Positions 49,315 through 58,458 are shown, counted from the stretch's first letter. The stretch is 64,000 bases of DNA from an uncultured virus (IMG/VR IMGVR_UViG_3300037067_014663) (IMGVR_UViG_3300037067_014663), one strand, 5' to 3'. Numbers and translations are program-made. The notes: a model not told the origin generated them from the sequence alone.

Positions 49315-50796
49315 ATGATAAAAACAGAACAATTAAAAGATGCATATCAAGAACTTATTAATGTTCTTGAATTGGTTGATGATAATCAAAAGGATATTAT
49401 AATATCAGAAGACATTTCAGATAAAGAATTAATTGAAAAAATTCAGGAAGCCGGTGGGTTTTTAAAGGAAGGTTTGGATAGAAAAGAAAAACTTTCTGTA
49501 TCCCCGGAAACATTATTTGTGTTTAGAGATACTCATGTTGCAGATGAAAATCTTACTGCAATTGTTACTTTACTTACAAAAGTAAAATCAGTTGAAAAGG
49601 AAAAACCGGCAAAAGGAAAAGGAAAAAAACCTGTTGTTCCTCCGGTAAAAGTTATTAAAGAGGGAGAAGATCTGGCAGACATTATTGATGCAGCAAAGAA
49701 TGTAGCAACACTTGTTAAATTAGCAAATGAAAATATCATTTTTCAAGATATTCTTGGTGATTTAAAAAAGTATAAGTTTTTGGATGATCTTAAAGACTTT
49801 ATGTTGGATACATTGGATGAAATTGCTAAAAAGAATATTGAGGAAAGTTCTGGTAATAAAAAAACAGAATTGGAAGGCGTTGTTCCCCTTAACAAAGACA
49901 AAGTAGTGTCGGTAAAAGAAAGTATTAAATTTGAAAATATCTCTACTGGAATTACTTCTGTAAAAGATATTGTTTCAAAATCACCGTTTAATAAATTGTT
50001 TGCAATCAATCCAGATACATTACAAGCAATTACCAACAGTATGGAAGATAATGGATATGATCCTGCTTTTCCTGTTGTTTTGTGGGGGGATATTTTAATT
50101 GATGGAAATACACGTTTACAAGCAGCAATTGAATCCGGTATTAAAGAAATTCCTATGCTCAGAAAAGAATTTGATTCTGAAAAAGATGCATTGGAATATG
50201 CTATCCATAATCAAAGGAACCGGAGAAATATAACTGAAGCTGAAATTTTGCATCGTATAGAACTTTTGGATAAACCGATGTCAAAAAAGGAAGCCGGAAA
50301 GTTAAAAGGCAGCAAGGACGAGAGCAAAAGCAATTTTGAAATCAAAACAGCTTCCGAAAAATCACATGTAAAAACAGCAAAAGTTTTAGGTGTCGGGGCA
50401 TCCAAAGTTTCTGATGCCCGAACGGTTTTAAAGGATAAAAAAGCAAAGAAAGAAGTTGAATCCGGCAAGAAAACAATAAGTAAAGCTGCTAAAGAAGTCC
50501 GTGAAAAGAAATCAGCAGAAAAACCAAATAAAGAAACAAAAGGGAAATTAGAAATGATCCCGGTTATTATTGATACTCTACGTCAATTTAAAGGTAAAAC
50601 AGTAGAAATTGAAGAGATTATTACCAGTTCGTTTGAAACCTTAATGGAAGCAAATGGAGCGAAAGCAACCAATGCAAACAAAGTTGAGGAAGAAGTTCGA
50701 CACACAATTGATGTGTTGGTTGCTTTTGATTGGATTTCTCAAATGCCGGAAGATTCAATTTTAATTAAAGCAGATGAGTATTTTTATGCAAGGTAG
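49315..50796 (+). CDS. ParB N-terminal-domain protein with HTH
   Basis: SMEDNGYD..PVVLW..LIDGNTRLQAA..HNQRNRRNIT..KTAKVLGVGASKV. Real start is ATG 49315; the longer ORF-track start is a repeat artefact. Confidence 0.85.
   Translation: MIKTEQLKDAYQELINVLELVDDNQKDIIISEDISDKELIEKIQEAGGFLKEGLDRKEKLSVSPETLFVFRDTHVADENLTAIVTLLTKVKSVEKEKPAKGKGKKPVVPPVKVIKEGEDLADIIDAAKNVATLVKLANENIIFQDILGDLKKYKFLDDLKDFMLDTLDEIAKKNIEESSGNKKTELEGVVPLNKDKVVSVKESIKFENISTGITSVKDIVSKSPFNKLFAINPDTLQAITNSMEDNGYDPAFPVVLWGDILIDGNTRLQAAIESGIKEIPMLRKEFDSEKDALEYAIHNQRNRRNITEAEILHRIELLDKPMSKKEAGKLKGSKDESKSNFEIKTASEKSHVKTAKVLGVGASKVSDARTVLKDKKAKKEVESGKKTISKAAKEVREKKSAEKPNKETKGKLEMIPVIIDTLRQFKGKTVEIEEIITSSFETLMEANGAKATNANKVEEEVRHTIDVLVAFDWISQMPEDSILIKADEYFYAR
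50325..50353 (+). repeat. Palindromic element, copy 7 (core only), inside the ParB-like gene
   Basis: CAAAAGCAATTTTGAAATCAAAACAGCTT. Confidence 0.85.
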
Positions 50797-50972
50797 GAAA
50801 CTGAAATAAGTATTGGTTTAATTGGTTTGGAGTGAAAGAGAGGAACGAGATGTGGATTGTCTTACTTGTGGTTTATCCCTATGTAGGCGTTAGTTAATGA
50901 CGAGTTCATTTGACTACCATGAAACGTTAGCTTTCACTCCTTTTTATTACTAAAACATCAAAACTGTTGTTA

Positions 50973-51009
50973 CACTAAGTCAAAAGCAATTTTAAAATCA
51001 AAATAGCTT
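50973..51009 (+). repeat. Dispersed 37-bp palindromic element, copy 8 (upstream of UDG-exonuclease)
   Basis: CACTAAGTCAAAAGCAATTTTAAAATCAAAATAGCTT. Confidence 0.9.
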
Positions 51010-51034
51010 CTTTAAATTACTTAAAAAATAAACA

Positions 51035-52291
51035 ATGGCTGGATTTTTCTCATCAGAAGAAACAAAACCAAAAAAGATAAAGGAACGTTCGTGTATTACT
51101 TGTGGTTTGTATAAAGATTGTGTCTCTCCCCGGATGAAACCATACGGTAATTTCAAACTCGGTATTCTGAATATTGCAGAAGGTAGCGGAGAAGTTGAAG
51201 ATTCCAATGGTAAACCATTTCAGGGACGTGCAGGAAAACTTTTACAACGTACCTATAGAAACTTGGGCATTGATTTGTTTGATGACTGTCTAAACATAAA
51301 TGCTGTTTCCTGTCGTCCTATAGATGCTAAAGGAAATAACCGAACTCCCACTAACGAAGAAATAATAACCTGTCGCAGACGAGTTTTAAAAGTAATTGAA
51401 GAATACAAACCAAAGGTAATAATACTTTTAGGGTTTTCTGCCATTTTTAGCGTCATAGGTGAACGATGGAAGAAAGAGATAGGGACTATTACCAAATGGA
51501 GAGGTTGGATGATCCCTGATCAGGATTTTGGTGCCTGGATATGTCCAACGTTTCATCCAAGTTATGTTGAAAGAGCAAAAGAAAAAACTGAAGTTGAAGA
51601 ATTAATCTGGAAACAGGATTTACAACAAGCATTTAATTTAGTTGAGGCCCCTTTTCCAAAATATAAGGAACCGGAAATTGAAGTAATTGAAGATTTGGAT
51701 CTACTTAATTATCAAACAACACATACGGATACATTTGGAAATACAAAATTTAGACACATCCCGGAATTAATTGCGTTTGACTATGAAACTACCGGGTTAA
51801 AACCACATGCAGAAGGACATGAAATCATTTGTTGTAGTGTTGCAGATAGTCCAGATCATGTGTACGTATTCATGATGCCAAAAACATGCAGGGAACGTAG
51901 ACCGTTTATAAATATTCTTTCTAATCCAAATGTTAAGAAAATTGCAAGTAATATGAAATTTGAACACTCTTGGAGTGCTTTTATGTTTAACCAACCAGTA
52001 GAAGGATGGGAATGGGACACTATGATAATGTCTCATATATTAGATAACCGAAGGAGTATCACCGGATTGAAATTTCAAACTTATGTTAATTTTGGTGTGA
52101 TTGATTATGCCAGTGAAATTGCCCCTTACCTTGAAGGGGATAAAAATAATGCAAATTCATTCAATCGGATTAAAGAATTATTGAAAATTCCAGGAGGGAA
52201 GGAGAAGTTGTTAAAATATAATGCATTGGATTCAATATTTGAATATCGATTAATGCTCAGACAACAAACATTATTAAAATTAAATAGTTAA
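51035..52291 (+). CDS. Family-4 uracil-DNA glycosylase plus 3'-5' exonuclease (N-terminal part of an SPO1-type DNA polymerase)
   Basis: CITCGL, IAEGSG..E..GKPFQGRAG, NAVSCRP, TFHPSY; exonuclease motifs FDYETTGL, NMKFE, YNALD. Confidence 0.9.
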   Translation: MAGFFSSEETKPKKIKERSCITCGLYKDCVSPRMKPYGNFKLGILNIAEGSGEVEDSNGKPFQGRAGKLLQRTYRNLGIDLFDDCLNINAVSCRPIDAKGNNRTPTNEEIITCRRRVLKVIEEYKPKVIILLGFSAIFSVIGERWKKEIGTITKWRGWMIPDQDFGAWICPTFHPSYVERAKEKTEVEELIWKQDLQQAFNLVEAPFPKYKEPEIEVIEDLDLLNYQTTHTDTFGNTKFRHIPELIAFDYETTGLKPHAEGHEIICCSVADSPDHVYVFMMPKTCRERRPFINILSNPNVKKIASNMKFEHSWSAFMFNQPVEGWEWDTMIMSHILDNRRSITGLKFQTYVNFGVIDYASEIAPYLEGDKNNANSFNRIKELLKIPGGKEKLLKYNALDSIFEYRLMLRQQTLLKLNS

Positions 52292-52307
52292 CGTTTATAA
52301 CTATAAT

Positions 52308-53291
52308 ATGACAATAGATTTAAGATATGGGGATACAATAGAACAAATGAGATTAATACCTGATAAAAGCATTGACTTTATTTGTTGTGATTTACCTTAT
52401 GGAACTACTGCCTGTGTTTGGGATACAATTATACCATTTGACAAACTTTGGGAACAATATAAACGAATAATAAAGGATAAAGGTGTGATTGTGTTATTTG
52501 GTAGTGAACCATTTGCATCATTATTAAGAACATCTAATTTAGAATGGTATAAATATGATTGGATTTGGGAAAAGAATAACTCTGGAAACTTTCAATTAGT
52601 AAATTACCAACCATTAAAAATTCACGAAACGGTATCAGTATTTTATAATGAAACACCTAATATGGAATTTGCTAATATTATGATTGAAAATATGAAACGA
52701 CTTAATTTAAAACAAATTGATGTTTCAAAATTAGAATTTTCAAGAACAGGTGGAATGACAGGTTGGGTTACAAACAAGATAAATGGTTCTCAATTACCAA
52801 CAGAAAAACAGTGGAGTAAAATATGTCATTTGTTTGGTATTAAAAATAACTACAACAAAATACTTTCAAATGTAAAAAAGATTACGTATAACCTTAAACT
52901 TGATAATACCGAATTAGTTTTATCAAACAAAGGTAAAGCTGGGTCATTAGGACATTTATCAAGTGAAAGTAAAAGAGAAACGTATATTCAAGATAAAACA
53001 GGTTATCCAAAAAGTATATTAAAATACAATAGAGAAAATGGATTACACCCAACACAAAAACCTATTCTATTGATGGAATTTTTGATAAAAACATATTCCA
53101 ATGAATGTGAAACAGTATTAGACAATACAATGGGTAGCTGTTCAACGGGAATTGCTTGTGTAAATACCAATAGAAATTTTATTGGAATAGACAATACAAA
53201 AAAGTATTTTAATATTTCTTTAAATAGAGTGGAAGAAAAAAGAAAAGAAAAAGAATTTACAGTAGTAACTTCATTCGGAGATGGGGTGTAG
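52308..53291 (+). CDS. DNA amino-methyltransferase (beta class) with internal HTH-like insert
   Basis: CDLPYGTT, HPTQKP, VLDNTMGSCSTG. Confidence 0.9.
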   Translation: MTIDLRYGDTIEQMRLIPDKSIDFICCDLPYGTTACVWDTIIPFDKLWEQYKRIIKDKGVIVLFGSEPFASLLRTSNLEWYKYDWIWEKNNSGNFQLVNYQPLKIHETVSVFYNETPNMEFANIMIENMKRLNLKQIDVSKLEFSRTGGMTGWVTNKINGSQLPTEKQWSKICHLFGIKNNYNKILSNVKKITYNLKLDNTELVLSNKGKAGSLGHLSSESKRETYIQDKTGYPKSILKYNRENGLHPTQKPILLMEFLIKTYSNECETVLDNTMGSCSTGIACVNTNRNFIGIDNTKKYFNISLNRVEEKRKEKEFTVVTSFGDGV

Positions 53292-53297
53292 TATTAC

Positions 53298-53392
53298 TGC
53301 TAACGTTGGCAATATGGCATCGAAAGCCAACCCCAACCTACGCTACAACGCATTGCCTTAATTTGGCTTTTGTGCTATATTGCGTGTTAGTG
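53298..53392 (+). repeat. attC-like imperfect inverted repeat 1
   Basis: GCTAAC..GCAATATGGCAT..AAAGCCAA / TTGGCTTT..GTGCTATATTGC..GTTAGTG. Confidence 0.75.
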
Positions 53393-53430
53393 TTTGTTAT
53401 TATTTTTGTAAACAATTTAAAATTAAAAAT

Positions 53431-53646
53431 ATGTGTATAATTTGCTCTGACCCAGACCTTGGACAACAATACCTCAATGCTATTGATAGCGCGAGGTGTC
53501 ATCTAAAAATTGCCGAAGATGCACTTTTTAAATTGGGTAAAAAATATCCAAAAAGTAATTACGATTCATGTCATAAAAAGTTAGTAAAAATCAGAAAGTC
53601 TATTAATGAAGTAGAAGAACGTCGGGAGTCTAATAATAAACACTAA
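53431..53646 (+). CDS. Cassette-borne hypothetical protein
   Basis: MCIICSDPDLG..; ends in AAACACTAA, the reverse complement of the cassette start. Confidence 0.7.
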   Translation: MCIICSDPDLGQQYLNAIDSARCHLKIAEDALFKLGKKYPKSNYDSCHKKLVKIRKSINEVEERRESNNKH

Positions 53647-53667
53647 ACTATCAAAATATAACGACTT

Positions 53668-53982
53668 ATGAACAAAGAACAAAACTCGAATGAACCACAA
53701 AAACAGCAATTAAATATAGCTAGTGTCAGTGGTAGTAGTAATTTAGCGTTGGAGAAAGCACAAGAAATGATGTTGCTTCCAATAAAAGATTTACCTAAAG
53801 AAGCAATAGAATATTTAAAGTTTCTTTCAAGTAAAGTAGGAATGTGCATGGAAGTTTGCTTAACTGCTTATTGCGCATATAATCAAGCTGTTTTAAATAT
53901 GCCATGTGATGATGCTTTATATATTTTACAAGATACAGAGGATGGTCGTAAATGGTTTGTGGCAATGGGTTATTGTCACTAA
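53668..53982 (+). CDS. Cassette-borne hypothetical protein
   Basis: Leader MNKEQNSNEPQKQQLNIASVS; stop lies within CACTAAC. Confidence 0.7.
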   Translation: MNKEQNSNEPQKQQLNIASVSGSSNLALEKAQEMMLLPIKDLPKEAIEYLKFLSSKVGMCMEVCLTAYCAYNQAVLNMPCDDALYILQDTEDGRKWFVAMGYCH

Positions 53983-54017
53983 CAGTGGCATTCGTTGCAG
54001 ATTTAAAAAGATAAATT

Positions 54018-54170
54018 ATGATTGAAAGAACAACACCAGAAAACATTAATAGCCTTATACATGAACCAGCTTATAAAGAACTGCACTGCAAGAAAAAGAA
54101 AATATTTATTGACCCACAACCACCAGAAGACCAAGTTAAAGAATGTGACGGTTTTGAACCTTGCAGTTAA
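54018..54170 (+). CDS. Small hypothetical protein (50 aa)
   Basis: MIERTTPENI..CDGFEPCS; stop lies within GTTAAC. Confidence 0.45.
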   Translation: MIERTTPENINSLIHEPAYKELHCKKKKIFIDPQPPEDQVKECDGFEPCS

Positions 54171-54295
54171 CGGTCACAGATATACGTAGTTTTTTTCTTA
54201 AATTGGAACACAAAAATTAAATAATATGAATACAGAAAATAAAAGCACAGACGTTGGTAACACAGATAAAAAATTACGTATATCTGATGTTAGAG
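54165..54295 (+). repeat. attC-like imperfect inverted repeat 2
   Basis: GTTAAC..CAGATATACGTAGTTTTTT / AAAAAATTACGTATATCTG..GTTAGAG; arms 18/19 complementary. Confidence 0.8.
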
Positions 54296-54459
54296 AACGT
54301 TTATGTCTGGGTAATTTCATAATAAACAGACCTGAAGAATGGGATTTAGAAACTGTAAAATTAGAAATACGAGATTATGACTATGATTCAACATCAATTA
54401 GTATAGAAGACCTTAGATTACTACACACTTACATAGGTGAGATTTTAAATGCACGCTAA
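54226..54459 (+). CDS. Cassette-borne hypothetical protein
   Basis: ATG lies in the loop of repeat 2; stop lies within GCTAAC. Confidence 0.7.
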   Translation: MNTENKSTDVGNTDKKLRISDVRERLCLGNFIINRPEEWDLETVKLEIRDYDYDSTSISIEDLRLLHTYIGEILNAR

Positions 54460-54680
54460 CGGTTTGCATAGCAATCAATATAGGCAATCGGTTTTTATTT
54501 AAAATTTTTACTAAAAACTAAAATAAGATGAATGATAATTTAAAATTCAGAGGCAAATCGTTAGAAAACAATCAATGGGGTTCTTTTCTTAACAGTTTTG
54601 AAAAAACTGAGGAGCGTGGGCAAAAAATTAAATAAAAAAGATTTATTAAGCACTAACCTTGCTACGAAGAAAGGCTATTG

Positions 54681-54798
54681 CACACAACGGTGAGTATAAC
54701 AAACGTTTAACGAACTTTAGATTGAAACAAATAACTTAAATATTAATTACCGACCTTAAAAATAACTACCGACAAATGTTTGTTATACATTATTATAG
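54681..54798 (+). repeat. attC-like imperfect inverted repeat 3
   Basis: CACACAAC..GTATAACAAACGTTT / AAATGTTTGTTATAC..ATTATAG (degenerate right core). Confidence 0.65.
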
Positions 54799-54830
54799 TG
54801 AGTTTTTAAGTGAGGGCAAAACGAAATAAA

Positions 54831-55091
54831 ATGCAGGAAATTAAATTATCAGAAGAAATTGCAATGTTAGAAGAAAAGTACCTAAAAAGTGAAAGAGAGC
54901 TTGGGGAACTTATTGCTACAATGTGGGTAAACTTTGATGGTAAAATAGGTGATAAAGTGTTAACATCTGAAGACAGGCCCAAGCGTGCGAGCCAATTATT
55001 TATTAAAATATGTGAACACTATATAGATAAGATAAAGGAACTAGAAGAAAAGATACCTTCAAGGCCTGTAACAACCGGTGGGTATATGTGA
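54831..55091 (+). CDS. Cassette-borne hypothetical protein
   Basis: MQEIKLSEE..; runs into repeat 4. Confidence 0.65.
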   Translation: MQEIKLSEEIAMLEEKYLKSERELGELIATMWVNFDGKIGDKVLTSEDRPKRASQLFIKICEHYIDKIKELEEKIPSRPVTTGGYM

Positions 55092-55161
55092 TGTGCGCCC
55101 ACTATGAAATTAAATAACAGCACTACACTAACAGGCGCATGGCATATATACCGTGTTATAC
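55069..55161 (+). repeat. attC-like imperfect inverted repeat 4
   Basis: TAACAAC..GGTATATGTGATGTGCGCC / GGCGCATGGCATATATACC..GTTATAC. Confidence 0.7.
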
Positions 55162-55231
55162 GCTTTTAATTTTTATAAAATGGAAAAACCGAAATACAGC
55201 ACGTATTATCATTTGTTTTTTATTACTGATT

Positions 55232-55483
55232 ATGAATACTTACAATAAAAGAACTTGGCTAAATAAAGAAGATTCACCTTCGCTTGGAAGCGTTGTTGCA
55301 TTTGATTGCGATATTAGATATTCAGAAGGAAGTGAAAGAACTATTTTTTTGGCAATATCAGATTGTAATCGTACTGTGAAAATTATTAAAAATACTGAAA
55401 ATATTGAAGAATATATTAATAAATTAAAGTTGTTAAAATCAGAAATTGAATTATTTATAAATCATTTAAACCAAACAAAATGA
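55232..55483 (+). CDS. Hypothetical protein
   Basis: MNTYNKRTWLN..LAISDCNRTV..YINKLKLL. Confidence 0.7.
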   Translation: MNTYNKRTWLNKEDSPSLGSVVAFDCDIRYSEGSERTIFLAISDCNRTVKIIKNTENIEEYINKLKLLKSEIELFINHLNQTK

Positions 55484-55884
55484 TAAAAATATTAAGTATT
55501 AAGGGAATAAAAAAAGGGAACATAGTCACAAGAGTATACCCAGCTAATGGTTATTCCGGTGACAGTTCGTATATTGGAATGAAGATGGAGCTAATTAAAC
55601 TTACTAAAACTGAAATAATTTTAAAGAGCTTAGAAGGTAAAGAAAACGACCAAATATATCTTTCTTTAAAAAATTGGGAGTTTGGATGGGTACAATATAA
55701 ATTGTCTGGCGATGAAAAATATAAAAAATCTAAATATTCCGAACGTAGAGGACAATTGAGAGTTCAATATGTTTATTTAGGGTTTGAATTAGATAAATTA
55801 AGGGGAAGAAATTATCCCGATGACAAGTTTGGCGATTATCTTATGATATGTCGTTATTTAGAAGAATATGGATACAGTTGTTGA
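55480..55884 (+). CDS. Hypothetical protein
   Basis: 134 aa; ATGA-type overlap with the upstream gene. Confidence 0.7.
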   Translation: MIKILSIKGIKKGNIVTRVYPANGYSGDSSYIGMKMELIKLTKTEIILKSLEGKENDQIYLSLKNWEFGWVQYKLSGDEKYKKSKYSERRGQLRVQYVYLGFELDKLRGRNYPDDKFGDYLMICRYLEEYGYSC

Positions 55885-55966
55885 TAAAAATGGCATGTTA
55901 TGTATCTGGCGCATTTTCAGGCACATAGCACGATACGAAGCAAGGTAATCTTATTATTTTTTTAGG

Positions 55967-56260
55967 GTGGGTATTTTTTCTTTAAAATTATTTGTTTATT
56001 ACGAAGTTGGCGGGCGTGGTTCTGGAAAATATAGAAAGTTTCTTGAATCAACAACAGTTTTATTGTTAAAAAACGAGACTATTTTTATTGCTGCAAGAGA
56101 TGAAGAACACGGATTTGATGTCTATTCAGATTTAAAAGCGATGGGGTTAGAAAAATTAACCTTTAAACATGCTTATAGAAAAGAGCCAATGTATTCAAAA
56201 GAACCTGATTTTAAATACATTGAAAAATATGCTGGTACTCGCGTGTGGTTGGTTAAATAG
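55967..56260 (+). CDS. Hypothetical protein, start uncertain
   Basis: GGRGSGK motif; followed by CCACTAAC. Confidence 0.45.
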   Translation: MGIFSLKLFVYYEVGGRGSGKYRKFLESTTVLLLKNETIFIAARDEEHGFDVYSDLKAMGLEKLTFKHAYRKEPMYSKEPDFKYIEKYAGTRVWLVK

Positions 56261-56475
56261 CCACTAACTACTATATATAAAAACTAACCTATAATTATAT
56301 GGAAATCAATAAAAAGCACGATGGAATTTTAAATATTTACATACAAAAACTTAATTATTTTTATTATACCGATAAAACAACCAAAATACATACACATGTT
56401 AGCATGACCCAATTAAACAAAATACAATTACCAATATAAATTTTAGCCTTTTTAGTATTAACTAAAAACGTAAAT

Positions 56476-58458
56476 ATGAAGAAAATAGGGATAGTATTGA
56501 TAATGATTTTATTATCATCAAAATTATTTGCTCCTAATGATGTGCGTTCAACATCAAAAAATTGGAAAATAGAATACAAACAAATAATTAAAGAACAAAC
56601 AAATGTATTATTGATAGAAATAAAATCAATAGAGACTTGGCATGATTCATTAAATTACAAAAAAGGAAACCCATACAAAAAAGTAAATTCAATTGGGGCA
56701 ATGGGTGGTTGGCAACACATGCCAGGAACCCTTCGATGGTTAGGTTATCGTGATTCTACTTTTAAACGTTTTTTGAATAGCAAAGAATTGCAAAAAAAAT
56801 ATGCAATTAAATTATTAATTTCAAATTTGCATCAATTAACAGTAAGAAGTAAGAAATATAATCTAACACCAATAGATTACATTGGAATGCGAATAGACAC
56901 AATTGAAGTTACTTTATCTGGTTTATTGGGGGCTTCATGGATTGCCGGAGTTGGTGGGGTGCAAAGATTGCTTGCAAGAGGACACAATGCTTCGGATGGC
57001 AATATGACAACAAAAGATTATTTATATAAATTCAGAAATATTATGAATATTAATCCAAAAACAAAAGAAGCTTACGAATTGATGCATCAAGGAATTTTGG
57101 CTTTAGCCAGGGCAGAACAACAAGGAATTCGTGTAGATGTTCCATACGTTGAAAGAAAAATGCAATTTTTAACCCGGAGAATTCATCGTTTAGAAGCAGA
57201 TTTTAAAGACACACAATTTTACAAAGATTGGGAAAAAGCAACACCCCCCGGAAAACTGAATATTAATTCTCCCACACAACTTAGTAATTTTCTTTATAAA
57301 GTAAAAGGAATTACACCGCCTAAATTTACTAAAAGCAGCACTGATGAAAATCCAAAGGGGAGTTCAGATAAGGAAACATTAATCCAATTAAATATACCTG
57401 AGCTTAATTTGTTAATTGAACGGGATAAACTAATCCGTTTACGTGATGTTAATTTAGATGGATATATGCGAGAACAGGTAAACGGATATATCCATCCGTT
57501 TTTTAATCTACATCTTGCAAGAACATATAGATCAAGCAGTTCCAATCCAAACTTTCAAAATATACCTATCAGAGACGAAGAGAGTATGCAAATATGTCGG
57601 GGGGCATTATATCCCCGTCCGGGACATCAGCTTTTAGAGATTGATTTCGGATCATTAGAGGTACGTGTTGCAGCATGTTATCATAAGGACCCAACTATGT
57701 TAGAATATATTAACAATCCAAAATCTGACATGCATACAGATATGGCAAAACAAATCTTTATGTTAGATAAATTAGATAAAAGCATTTCTTCACACAACAT
57801 ACTTCGGCAAGCAGCAAAAAATGGATTTGTATTTCCACAGTTTTATGGGGATTATTTTAAAAACTGTGCTGAAAATATGGCTATAACCTGGGGCAAATTA
57901 CCAAAAAGTAGATGGAAACCAGGTCAGGGGATTCAAATAGAGGAAGGTTGCTATTTATCAGATCACTTAATAGCACAAGGAATAAAATCTTTTGATAAGT
58001 TTACAAATCATTTAGAAGATATTGAACATGATTTTTGGAATAATCGTTTTCCTGTGTATGCTCAATGGAAAGAAGATTTTTATGAAGAATATCAAAAACA
58101 AGGTTATGTTGATATGTTTACTGGGTTTCGTTGTAGTGGTGTTATGCGAAAGAATGAAGTTATTAATTCACCAATTCAGGGAGCAGCTTTCCATTGTTTA
58201 TTATTTTCATTTATTGAATTGGATAAGGTACAACATAAACAGGAATGGGATTCAAAATTAATCGGTCAAATACATGATTCTGCAATGATTGATTGTAATC
58301 CTTCCGAACTGCAACATGTGGCTAAAGTAGCAAAAAGGATTACTTGTGAACTTCTTCCAAAAACGTGGGATTGGATTATTGTTCCACTTGATATTGATAT
58401 GGCTGTAAGTTCGGTTGATAAATCGTGGGCAGAAAAAGAAAAATTTAAAATAGGATAA
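56476..58458 (+). CDS. polA: Signal-peptide lysozyme-like domain (56476-57042) fused in frame to a family A DNA polymerase domain (57043-58458)
   Basis: N part: signal peptide, KSIET..VNSIGAMGGWQ..FLNSKELQ..EVTLSGLLGASW. C part: TYRSSSSNPNFQNIP, motif A DFGSLEVR, motif B RQAAKNGFVFPQFYG, NSPIQG, motif C QIHDS. Confidence 0.9.
   Translation: MKKIGIVLIMILLSSKLFAPNDVRSTSKNWKIEYKQIIKEQTNVLLIEIKSIETWHDSLNYKKGNPYKKVNSIGAMGGWQHMPGTLRWLGYRDSTFKRFLNSKELQKKYAIKLLISNLHQLTVRSKKYNLTPIDYIGMRIDTIEVTLSGLLGASWIAGVGGVQRLLARGHNASDGNMTTKDYLYKFRNIMNINPKTKEAYELMHQGILALARAEQQGIRVDVPYVERKMQFLTRRIHRLEADFKDTQFYKDWEKATPPGKLNINSPTQLSNFLYKVKGITPPKFTKSSTDENPKGSSDKETLIQLNIPELNLLIERDKLIRLRDVNLDGYMREQVNGYIHPFFNLHLARTYRSSSSNPNFQNIPIRDEESMQICRGALYPRPGHQLLEIDFGSLEVRVAACYHKDPTMLEYINNPKSDMHTDMAKQIFMLDKLDKSISSHNILRQAAKNGFVFPQFYGDYFKNCAENMAITWGKLPKSRWKPGQGIQIEEGCYLSDHLIAQGIKSFDKFTNHLEDIEHDFWNNRFPVYAQWKEDFYEEYQKQGYVDMFTGFRCSGVMRKNEVINSPIQGAAFHCLLFSFIELDKVQHKQEWDSKLIGQIHDSAMIDCNPSELQHVAKVAKRITCELLPKTWDWIIVPLDIDMAVSSVDKSWAEKEKFKIG

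Noticed and set aside
50893..50930. Hammerhead ribozyme (TGACGAG..GAAAC)
   Set aside because: The core lacks the first C, and the GAAA falls within the would-be stem II rather than after it.
52292..57042. Group I/II intron or intein explaining the split polymerase
   Set aside because: No intron core, maturase or intein terminal motifs were seen; the interval holds many independent ORFs.
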